A DNA stretch of 64,000 bases from Minisyncoccota bacterium (GCA_035403785.1 DAONFW010000001.1:21595-85594); one strand, 5' to 3'; numbered from the stretch's first letter, positions 32,754 through 40,877 are shown. Translations and numbers: made by a program. The notes: a model not told the origin generated them from the sequence alone.

Positions 32754-33734
32754 TTATTTTAAAGTAATACTGATAACAGGTTTATTAAGTGGCACCGACT
32801 GCCCCACTTTTAGATTTTCATCAACTGAAGTAATAACTCCGTTTCCTGGTGCAATAATTAAACTATTTTCGTAAACACCAAGCGCAGCTTCATAAGCACC
32901 ACGAGCCGCATTTATCTGGGCACGAGCAACGCTCATTTCTTCTGTTTCACTTCCAATATTTGTCGCAAGGTCAGAAAGAATTTTTTCTCTGTTTGCAACG
33001 GCCAGCTCATACGCATTTTTACTTGCCAAATATGTAGCGCTTTTTGTATTTGGAATTTCAATTTTCCAATTTATATTATCGTCAAAATAACCTTCTTTAT
33101 TTACCCACTTAATTTGCAGACCACAATTCCCAAGTGCTACAGCATTTTCATATTTTACAGAAGCGGTACCAGTTTCAAGACCAGAAAACTGAAAAGAATG
33201 TCCTGTGTCATTATCAGATGAACCATAAGGATTCAAGAAATAAGTTCCTTCTTTTCCACAAGTATAAGTTCCAGAAATTATTGGATAATTAGAAGTTTGT
33301 TTATCCGGAATAGCCTCAAGACCACTTGAAAGCAAAGTATTGTAAGCATTTTGAACCAACAAATCTTGCTGCTTTTTTGTCGTCTTATACTGAGAGTTTA
33401 GAGAAGCGTATTGTGCTTCAGCCAAATCCAAAGCTCCTTTTGCCTGGCTTACTGCTCCCTGCGCTTCTGGCGCAGATACTTTTGCTAAAATATCTCCTTT
33501 TTTGACTTCCTGTCCAACTTTTGCAAAAACTGCTTCCAGTCTTCCGCTTCTAGAAAAAGAAAGATCTACGTTTCCAGTTAATTTTTGCGGAATAATACTT
33601 TTATTTTCAATATTAATTTTTGGTGCTCTTCCAACATAATTCAAGCCGAACAAAATAACAGCTACTCCAAGAACTGCTACTATCGGAATTACTTTTTTAG
33701 GTTTTGATAAAACTTTTTTAATTTTTGTTTTCAT
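32754..33734 (-). CDS. HlyD-family membrane fusion-like protein
   Basis: KVGQEVKKGDILA and IIAPGNGVI lipoyl halves. Confidence 0.75.
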   Translation of the reverse strand: MKTKIKKVLSKPKKVIPIVAVLGVAVILFGLNYVGRAPKINIENKSIIPQKLTGNVDLSFSRSGRLEAVFAKVGQEVKKGDILAKVSAPEAQGAVSQAKGALDLAEAQYASLNSQYKTTKKQQDLLVQNAYNTLLSSGLEAIPDKQTSNYPIISGTYTCGKEGTYFLNPYGSSDNDTGHSFQFSGLETGTASVKYENAVALGNCGLQIKWVNKEGYFDDNINWKIEIPNTKSATYLASKNAYELAVANREKILSDLATNIGSETEEMSVARAQINAARGAYEAALGVYENSLIIAPGNGVITSVDENLKVGQSVPLNKPVISITLK

Positions 33735-33753
33735 ATACTTATTTTTTATTTAA

Positions 33754-34176
33754 TTAATTTCGCACACATTTCATAAGGATTCTTGTTAAATCTTCTTTGT
33801 CTTTTTTTGAAAGTCCTTCAAGCGCTTTTTTGAAAAACAACATTTTTCTTTTATGAATAGAAGCAAATAATTTTTGCGCTTCTTTTCCCAATATCACATG
33901 CGTAGTCCTACGATCTCCATTCAACTGCACTCTTGATACTAATTTCTTTTTTTCCAAAGTATCTACAAGCGCGCTAGCCGACGGCGGAGTGATATTTAGT
34001 ACCGAAGCTACTTTTTTCATAGTAATAGAGCCACTCTTTAGAATATTAGTCAGCACTTCGAATTGCGAAAGCGGAATCTTTAATCTCTTTGCTTCTTCAA
34101 ACAAAGAATCCGTTATAGCCTGTCTAAACTCTAAAAGAAGCCCATCTAGGCTTGTTTTTTTAGTTTTTGTTTTCAT
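33754..34176 (-). CDS. MarR-family regulator
   Basis: ITPPSASALVDTLEKKKLVSR...DRR. Confidence 0.9.
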   Translation of the reverse strand: MKTKTKKTSLDGLLLEFRQAITDSLFEEAKRLKIPLSQFEVLTNILKSGSITMKKVASVLNITPPSASALVDTLEKKKLVSRVQLNGDRRTTHVILGKEAQKLFASIHKRKMLFFKKALEGLSKKDKEDLTRILMKCVRN

Positions 34177-34270
34177 ATTTAAAATTTAAAATATCTAATA
34201 GTTAGATAAACTAAATATTATCATAAAGTTATTTTTTGTGCAAATAGAATAATTATTGAATTTAAAAATC

Positions 34271-34465
34271 TGGCGGTGTTTTTTGGACGAAGTTCGAACG
34301 TTTTTTGACGAAAATCCTGAAAACTAATTTGGACTCGGCGGGGCAAACTATTTTTCTGGGGGAATGGAATTGCCCCGCCTCGGCTTTCTTCCCGCCCGCA
34401 GGAGGGGTCTGGGGAGGAATGCGGGCGGGTTTTTGAACCTTTCCTTTTTCGCTTCCGAATTTCGT
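34271..34465. repeat. Outer copy of inverted repeat A of element 2 (left attachment arm)
   Basis: 195-bp reverse complement of 36712..36906. Confidence 0.95.
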
Positions 34466-34493
34466 GCCAGTTGAAAACTGGCGCGCCACCTAT

Positions 34494-35477
34494 TTAACTA
34501 TTTTTTAAATCACTCATTATTTTTTTTGCCAAGTGATGAGCAAAATTTACTGCAACAGCATTTCCAATCATTTTATAACCGTCAGCAATATCACGATATT
34601 TGAAAATAAAATCATCGGGAAATGTTTGTATTCTTGCACACTCACGAACAGACAAACGGCGGTATAATTGTTCTTTTCCGGGAACAAAAATTCTTTTATT
34701 TTGTTCAATAAATTTCATTTTTGGTGCTTGTGGGTGAATTGGTGCGTGGCGACCACCAGCTTGAATTGTGAAAGAAGGCTCGTCCCAAGAACGGACACGA
34801 TTTCGCGACATATAAATCGTTGAGAAACCGCCATTCATATATTCATGGTTTGGAATTTTCAACTCGTCGCCGTTTGTCTTGTTTTTATCTTTAGCTGGTT
34901 TTGCTAAACGCAAATCAAAAATAGCGTCTTTCAAAACAGGTTTATATTTTTGTGGTTCTGGAAATTCAAATTTCTTTTTTAATTTTTTATGATAACCAAC
35001 AATAATAACGCGAAGCCTATCCTCTGGAACATCATAATCATTTGCGTTTAGAAGTTTGCAAGAAATTACATATCCGGCATTTTCAAATTCCTTGATTATA
35101 TTTGAAAATGCCTCTTTGTGTTTTGGGTGTAAAATCCCCGATACATTTTCTGCAAGAAAAAATTTTGGCTGTTTTTCTTTCAATAAACGAATGTAGTCAT
35201 AAAATAATTGACCTCGCTTGTCGTTTATTCCACGCCCAGCACCAGCCTCACTCCAACTTTGGCAAGGAGGTCCGCCAATAATTCCGTCAACATCGGGGAT
35301 TTCAGACGCTGGAACATCAACAATACTTCTCTTGTCTAATTTTGTTTTTGGAAAATTATACTCAAATGTTTCCCAAATTGTCGGGTCGTATTCATTCGCC
35401 CAAACGACATGAAAACCAGCTCTTTCAAAGCCTAAATCTAACCCACCCGCACCTGTAAATAAAGAAGCTAATTTCAT
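34494..35477 (-). CDS. C5-cytosine DNA methyltransferase, HaeIII/NgoPII-like (GGCC)
   Basis: SLFTGAGG, GGPPCQ, ENV, YKMIGNAV; TRD FSTIYMSRNRVR resembles M.HaeIII. Confidence 0.93.
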   Translation of the reverse strand: MKLASLFTGAGGLDLGFERAGFHVVWANEYDPTIWETFEYNFPKTKLDKRSIVDVPASEIPDVDGIIGGPPCQSWSEAGAGRGINDKRGQLFYDYIRLLKEKQPKFFLAENVSGILHPKHKEAFSNIIKEFENAGYVISCKLLNANDYDVPEDRLRVIIVGYHKKLKKKFEFPEPQKYKPVLKDAIFDLRLAKPAKDKNKTNGDELKIPNHEYMNGGFSTIYMSRNRVRSWDEPSFTIQAGGRHAPIHPQAPKMKFIEQNKRIFVPGKEQLYRRLSVRECARIQTFPDDFIFKYRDIADGYKMIGNAVAVNFAHHLAKKIMSDLKNS

Positions 35478-35478
35478 A

Positions 35479-36327
35479 TTATTTTCTAAAACTCAATAAT
35501 TTCGCCTCAAGCAATTTTGCTGGATTATTTGGCGATTTTATTTTTATATCTTTAATTAAAAAGTTATCACTAACTAAACTTTCAAGATGTTTTCTGTCTT
35601 TTTCTGGAAAAGACAAATATTTTTCTTTCAGCAAAATTGCATTAACAAAAAATTCAGAATTTTGCTCTGCCGGAACAACATAATCAAAAACTTTTATAGG
35701 ATTTTCAATTCCCCACATTCCACGAATACGCAAATATGTTATTCCAAGAGGATCAACGCGATTTACTCTGCCGAGTTCGTTTGTTTCCGAAAATTCAACA
35801 TCTTGTAATTCATTAACACCTTTTGAAATTTTATCTCTTATTCTTTCGTAAACTTCTTTATTTGCGGAATAACAATTACCATAAACAAGCCACAAGGCTT
35901 TTAGCTTGTCATCTTTTGAAACTCCAACAACATAAACTAAATCTTTTTCCCGCCAATCCTCACAATTTTTGCAAGCAGTGGTTATCATCGGACTATCAGA
36001 AAATAGTTTGTCTTTAGGATACGAACTATTAAGTGCAATTCCCGAACGCAAACTTTCAATTTTCTTAACTTCTATCGCATCACCTTGCTTGATAATAATG
36101 TCTGGCGGATTATTTTGATTTCCAATATAAGAAAAATATTTGCTGTAAATTTCATTTTTCTTTTCAAGATTATTTTCATTTAGGGAATTGCAAAATAAGT
36201 CTTTGATATAAAATTCTAAAGCGTCGCCCATACTGTTTGCTCGGTTGGCAGCACGATAATGAGAAACCAAATTTGTAATTGGATTTTTGACTAAATTTGA
36301 TATTGCGATAAGTAAATTTGTTTCCAT
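35479..36327 (-). CDS. NgoPII-family type II restriction endonuclease
   Basis: RANSMGDALE, NQNNPPD...DAIEVKK, LNSSYPK, LRIRGMWGIENP; paired with a C5 MTase. Confidence 0.85.
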   Translation of the reverse strand: METNLLIAISNLVKNPITNLVSHYRAANRANSMGDALEFYIKDLFCNSLNENNLEKKNEIYSKYFSYIGNQNNPPDIIIKQGDAIEVKKIESLRSGIALNSSYPKDKLFSDSPMITTACKNCEDWREKDLVYVVGVSKDDKLKALWLVYGNCYSANKEVYERIRDKISKGVNELQDVEFSETNELGRVNRVDPLGITYLRIRGMWGIENPIKVFDYVVPAEQNSEFFVNAILLKEKYLSFPEKDRKHLESLVSDNFLIKDIKIKSPNNPAKLLEAKLLSFRK

Positions 36328-36331
36328 AGTT

Positions 36332-36526
36332 TTATTTTATTAAATCCTCAATCGGCACATTAAGTGCCTTCGCGATTTTTTTAATTGTATCAATAGTTGG
36401 ATTTTGTTGTTTGCCTGCCTCGATATTGATTATCGTATTATTGGAAACATCAGCAAGACGGGCTAGTTTTTCTTGCGACAAACCCATTTTTTCTCTTATT
36501 CGTTTGATTTTGCTTGACTCTACCAT
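36332..36526 (-). CDS. XRE-family HTH regulator (RM controller-like)
   Basis: GLSQEKLARLADVSNNTIINIEAGK...NPTIDT; directly upstream of the endonuclease gene. Confidence 0.85.
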   Translation of the reverse strand: MVESSKIKRIREKMGLSQEKLARLADVSNNTIINIEAGKQQNPTIDTIKKIAKALNVPIEDLIK

Positions 36527-36711
36527 ATTAAAATAGTAATATTAAATTGTGGTATAATAATTATATGCTTCAACAAAATAACCACAATATAATATTACCA
36601 AAATATTTCGACTTCGTAAAGAAAAAAGGGAGTTCCTTAGCGTTGCCCGCGAATGGGTTGGGTGGGTCAAGGGCAACATCTCTTTTGGTGGCGCATTTTG
36701 CTTTGCAAAAT

Positions 36712-37034
36712 ACGAAATTCGGAAGCGAAAAAGGAAAGGTTCAAAAACCCGCCCGCATTCCTCCCCAGACCCCTCCTGCGGGCGGGAAGAAAGCCGAGGC
36801 GGGGCAATTCCATTCCCCCAGAAAAATAGTTTGCCCCGCCGAGTCCAAATTAGTTTTCAGGATTTTCGTCAAAAAACGTTCGAACTTCGTCCAAAAAACA
36901 CCGCCAAGTTTTACATTCAGCGAAATTGAAAGATGTTGCCTCGGCGCAAAGCGCCTCGGCATGGTATTTTTCCGCAATTTTGAAGGCATTTTTGAAATCC
37001 AAAACCAAAGTGCGGTCGGCAATGCGGAAGTTCG
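36712..37034. repeat. Internal inverted attP-like copy of element 2 (323 bp; core CCGCCA at 36901..36906)
   Basis: Left part pairs with 34271..34465 and right part with 38518..38651; the two pairings overlap only at the 6-bp core. Confidence 0.93.
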
Positions 37035-37148
37035 CCGTGCAAAGCACGGGCAAAATGAAATTTTGCAAACCAATCTTTTTTCTTTCGCTTTCGGCGAAAG
37101 GTTGAGCGTATTTTTCTTTGATTGCCCAAAAACTAATTTCAAAACAAT

Positions 37149-38702
37149 ATGGACAACATAAATTTACAAACCAAAAAGATTTTTCTCTATGCCCGTAAAT
37201 CCACGGACGAACCCGAAAGGCAGGTTTTGAGTATTGAGGCGCAAATGTTTGAATTGCGGGAATTTGCGAAAAAAGAAGGACTAAATATCGTCCGTGAATT
37301 TGTGGAAAGCAAAACCGCCAAAGAGCCGGGGCGTGAGATTTTTAACGAAATGATCACAAGCATAGAGAAAAATGAAGCAGAGGGAATTTTAGCGTGGCAC
37401 CCCGACCGCCTCGCTCGAAATAGCATAGACGGCGGACGAATAATCTATTTCGTAGATACTGGCAAAATTACCACGCTAAAATTTCCAACTTTTTGGTTTG
37501 ATCCGACACCGCAGGGAAAATTTATGTTGAGTATCGCTTTTGGGCAATCAAAATATTATGTGGATAATCTTTCGGAAAATATAAAGAGGGGTATTCGCCA
37601 GAAATTGCGAAATGGAATATGGCCCGCTTGGGCGCCACTTGGGTATGTGAACGACAAGAACGCCCGCTGTATTGCCGTGGACAAGGAAAAGGCAAAGTAT
37701 ATCAAGCGGGCTTTTGAAATGTACGCGACTGGCGAATACCCCCTCGCTCAAATCCGAAAGATTATCAATTCCTTGGGCTTGGTTGGCAAGAAAGGCAAAA
37801 TGCTTTCCGTCTCAAATTATCAGTATATGCTGAAAAATAAAATCTATTACGGAATGATTGAATATAACGGCGAATTGTATGACGGAAAGCACGAACCGAT
37901 TATCACAAAGAGACTTTTTGATTTATGCCAAGAAGTGATGATGAATAAGTCAAAACCGAAAACACCAAAACTCAAGCCATACATTTTTAGAGGATTTTTC
38001 CGTTGTGGGGAGTGCGGTTGTTTCATTACCACCGAAACGCAAAAAGGTCATAACTATTTGCGATGTACGAAACGGAAAAATCCTTGTTCGCAAAGGTATG
38101 TAAGAGAGGACGCCATCACTTCTCAAATTAAAGAGGAAATCAAAAAAGTTTCTTTGTCTTCCGCTTGGGCAAACGCTTCAATCAATTATTTTGAAAATGA
38201 AAAAATGAAACTTGCCCAAGCGGAAAGCTCTTTCGCCCAAGAAGCGAGAAATGAGCTTGTAGAGATAGAAACAAAACTTGATCGTTTGCTTGATTTACAA
38301 CTGGACGGCAGTTTGTCGCAAGCAGAATATACCGCTAAAAAGCACAAGCTCATTCTCGCCAAAAAGGATTTGGAAGAAAAAATCACTGCTTTTGGGCGAA
38401 AGAGCAATAATCGGTTCGAACTTACCATTGCCTTTCTAAAAGACGCCAACCAAGCCGAAAAATACGCTCAACAAGAAAATCCCGAAAGGATTCGGGATTT
38501 TCTCAAAAAGATTGGTTCGAACTTCCGCATTGCCGACCGCACTTTGGTTTTGGATTTCAAAAATGCCTTCAAAATTGCGGAAAAATACCATGCCGAGGCG
38601 CTTTGCGCCGAGGCAACATCTTTCAATTTCGCTGAATGTAAAACTTGGCGGAGACGGCGGGATTCGAACCCGCGATGGGTTTTGAAGCCCATGCCTCTTT
38701 AG
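37149..38702 (+). CDS. Large serine recombinase; C-terminus read through the antisense tRNA
   Basis: YARKSTDE, WHPDRLARN, CGECGC...YLRC; clearly homologous to 5132..6730. Confidence 0.94.
   Translation: MDNINLQTKKIFLYARKSTDEPERQVLSIEAQMFELREFAKKEGLNIVREFVESKTAKEPGREIFNEMITSIEKNEAEGILAWHPDRLARNSIDGGRIIYFVDTGKITTLKFPTFWFDPTPQGKFMLSIAFGQSKYYVDNLSENIKRGIRQKLRNGIWPAWAPLGYVNDKNARCIAVDKEKAKYIKRAFEMYATGEYPLAQIRKIINSLGLVGKKGKMLSVSNYQYMLKNKIYYGMIEYNGELYDGKHEPIITKRLFDLCQEVMMNKSKPKTPKLKPYIFRGFFRCGECGCFITTETQKGHNYLRCTKRKNPCSQRYVREDAITSQIKEEIKKVSLSSAWANASINYFENEKMKLAQAESSFAQEARNELVEIETKLDRLLDLQLDGSLSQAEYTAKKHKLILAKKDLEEKITAFGRKSNNRFELTIAFLKDANQAEKYAQQENPERIRDFLKKIGSNFRIADRTLVLDFKNAFKIAEKYHAEALCAEATSFNFAECKTWRRRRDSNPRWVLKPMPL
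38518..38651. repeat. Outer copy of inverted repeat B of element 2
   Basis: 134-bp reverse complement of 36901..37034. Confidence 0.95.
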
Positions 38703-38737
38703 CAAAGAGGTACGTTAGACCACTCTGACACGTCTCC
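38646..38737 (-). tRNA. tRNA-Ser(GCT)
   Basis: GGAGACG/CGTCTCC acceptor stem, CCTCT-TTGCTAA-AGAGG anticodon arm, long variable arm, encoded CCA. Confidence 0.96.
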
Positions 38738-38809
38738 TTGAACTTTACTCTAACATATTTTCATTATTTTTCCATTTATGCTATATTGACTTTATATTTA
38801 AACAAAAAC

Positions 38810-38896
38810 GGAGGCGTGGATGAGTGGTTTAAATCAACGGTTTACTAAACCGTCGTACCCTAACCGGTACCGTGAGTTCGAATCTCACCGCCTCCG
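38810..38896 (+). tRNA. tRNA-Ser(ACT), unusual A34 anticodon
   Basis: GGAGGCG/CGCCTCC acceptor stem, ACGGT-TTACTAA-ACCGT anticodon arm, long variable arm, GTGAG-TTCGAAT-CTCAC T-arm, G73, no encoded CCA. Confidence 0.9.
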
Positions 38897-39001
38897 CAGT
38901 AAGAACTTGGTATCGACAGACTCGCTGGCTTATGATTGTGAAACGACCCGAGTGGCTGATTACCTAAACTGGGATATATAAGCTAAAATTGATTTATATC
39001 T

Positions 39002-39964
39002 ATGACTGAAGATTTATTGTTCAAAATAAAAGAAAAATCTAGTGAAATAGACTGGGCAGATACAGATATCAAAAAACCTTTAAGTATCAATTTTCCTGTA
39101 CCTGTTTTACACGCGCGCTATCCAAAAATCCAGCAATATTTGTTATCTGTTGCGCAACTTAGTAATTATCATTTTCTTGAAAACGATTTGATTATTTGCG
39201 ACATAGAAATTAAAAAACATCTCACAAAAAATATTGCGGATTTGCCAAATATAATTTTTCTCGAGGCAGCAGAAAATAAGACAAAAATTCTATCAGAAGC
39301 AAATATTCTAGTTAAACAAGTCACAGGAAAAAACTACAAAAGAATACTCGCTATTGGCGGTGGAATAATTGCTAATATTGCTTCATATATCGCAGAAAAG
39401 TTAGAGGTTGATATTGTTCATGTTCCCACTACAGTTCTTTCTATGTCTGATGCGAGTATTGGCGGAAAAGTCCGAGTCAATGACATTCAGGGAAATACTT
39501 TTATTAAACATGCGTATAAAACTTTTTATGAACCATCTGAGATAGTTCTTGATCCGCTTTTTCTTACATATTTAAGCGATGAACAGATACGAATTGGACT
39601 CGCTGAAATTATTAAGCACGCCCTCTATCAGTCTCCGTTACTTGCTGAGTATCTTTTATCAGATGCATTTCAGCCTTTTACCGACAGACTTAGCTTGTTG
39701 AGAGCAATTCTATGGGTCGCTGATCTAAAACGAATTTGTCTTGAGATCGATCCAGAGGAAACTAAAAATGGTTCATATAAAATTCTTCGAGCAGCGCATG
39801 ATATTTCTGACAAACTTGAGGAAAGAAGTGGATTCACGTTGCCTCATGGAAAAGCCGTAGAAAAAGCAATGGTTGAAGATTTGTATTCTAACAAAGGAAA
39901 ATCTGAGCAACTCGCTCGAATTTATCAAAAGCTTGGTATTGGATACACAACAGTATTTTCTTAG
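39002..39964 (+). CDS. 3-dehydroquinate synthase-like sugar-phosphate cyclase family protein
   Basis: IGGG, VPTTVLSMSDASIGGK, GLAEIIKH, AAH and LPHGKAV metal ligands. Confidence 0.75.
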   Translation: MTEDLLFKIKEKSSEIDWADTDIKKPLSINFPVPVLHARYPKIQQYLLSVAQLSNYHFLENDLIICDIEIKKHLTKNIADLPNIIFLEAAENKTKILSEANILVKQVTGKNYKRILAIGGGIIANIASYIAEKLEVDIVHVPTTVLSMSDASIGGKVRVNDIQGNTFIKHAYKTFYEPSEIVLDPLFLTYLSDEQIRIGLAEIIKHALYQSPLLAEYLLSDAFQPFTDRLSLLRAILWVADLKRICLEIDPEETKNGSYKILRAAHDISDKLEERSGFTLPHGKAVEKAMVEDLYSNKGKSEQLARIYQKLGIGYTTVFS

Positions 39965-40082
39965 ACTAAGACTCGAGTGCCTCAGTAAGACGTGTGAAAA
40001 AGTGCTAAAATATCCTTACTGGGCTTTAACTCGTGGGTACCTAACTCACATGGCCCGCAAAAATTAATGCTATAATATATCC

Positions 40083-40877
40083 ATGATTTTAAAAAAGAGA
40101 AAGTCTTCTTTTAAAGCTAAAAAGAAAGAACCTGAAAATTTAAAAGAAGAAAACAAAAAGTTAAAAAAATTAAATGCCGTAAAAACAGATTTGGTTTCTA
40201 TCAGCGCGCATCAAATACGTACTTCCCTCTCTGCGCTTAAGTGGATCATAAAAATGTTCTTGGATGGCGATCTTGGTAAGCTTACACCTGAGCAAGACAC
40301 TCTACTGCGAAAAGCTTTTCAAGGGAACGAACGCGCTATCAATATTGTCAGTGAATTACTTCTAGCCAACAAAACTGAAAATCTAGAAGAGAAAGCGTAC
40401 GATTTTGTTAAATTAGATATTATAGACACAATCGAGAGTTGCATCTTTGATTTTACTGGAGAGGCACGTTCTCAAGATATTGAAATAATTTTTCTAAAAC
40501 CAAATGGGAAAGAACCGTTTGTAAGAGCAGACAAAGAAAAAATTCGAGTAGTATTTCAAAATCTTTTAGAAAATGCTATCAAGTACAGCAATCAACATAG
40601 TAAAATTTTTATAATATTAAAAGAAAATAAAGACGAAGTTGAGATTTCTGTAAAAGATTCTGGAATTGGCATCTCAGCCGAAGGACAAAAGAGAATCTTT
40701 GAGAAATTCTATCGAGACCTAACTGCCCAAAAAAAAGAAGTGGTGGGCTCAGGAATCGGACTTTTCACCAGCAAACAGATTGTTGAAAAACACTCAGGAA
40801 AAATATGGTTCGAAAGCAAAGAGGGTGAAGGTACGACTTTCTTCTTTACGATACCAATTTATAAGGGTAATAAATAA
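40083..40877 (+). CDS. Cytoplasmic histidine kinase (HisKA + HATPase)
   Basis: SAHQIRT H-box, NLLENAIKYS, DSGIGI, GSGIGL. Confidence 0.92.
   Translation: MILKKRKSSFKAKKKEPENLKEENKKLKKLNAVKTDLVSISAHQIRTSLSALKWIIKMFLDGDLGKLTPEQDTLLRKAFQGNERAINIVSELLLANKTENLEEKAYDFVKLDIIDTIESCIFDFTGEARSQDIEIIFLKPNGKEPFVRADKEKIRVVFQNLLENAIKYSNQHSKIFIILKENKDEVEISVKDSGIGISAEGQKRIFEKFYRDLTAQKKEVVGSGIGLFTSKQIVEKHSGKIWFESKEGEGTTFFFTIPIYKGNK

Larger units (their letters stand above)
34271..38651. mobile_element. Integrative element 2 (4381 bp): type II RM + C-protein cargo, internal inverted attP, LSR; inserted at the tRNA-Ser(GCT) 3' end
   Basis: Direct-repeat core TGGCGG at 34271..34276 and 38646..38651 (tRNA CCGCCA); inverted repeats 34271..34465/36712..36906 and 36901..37034/38518..38651. 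Confidence 0.92.

Noticed and set aside
24698-34176. Efflux/ECF-sigma cluster as part of element 2
   Set aside because: It lies outside the TGGCGG core at 34271, has host-like composition and is an ordinary MacAB/EmrAB-type cluster
36712-37034. Inverted repeats as an assembly or amplification fold-back artefact
   Set aside because: The layout occurs twice with different sequences, the breakpoints fall exactly on the tRNA CCGCCA core, and pairing resumes in register after non-identical hairpins. Long reads are still needed for formal exclusion.
34271-38651. Prophage, ICE or IS classification of the elements
   Set aside because: No structural, conjugation, relaxase, replication or DDE/HUH transposase genes; the repeats are internal/terminal pairs, not IS ends
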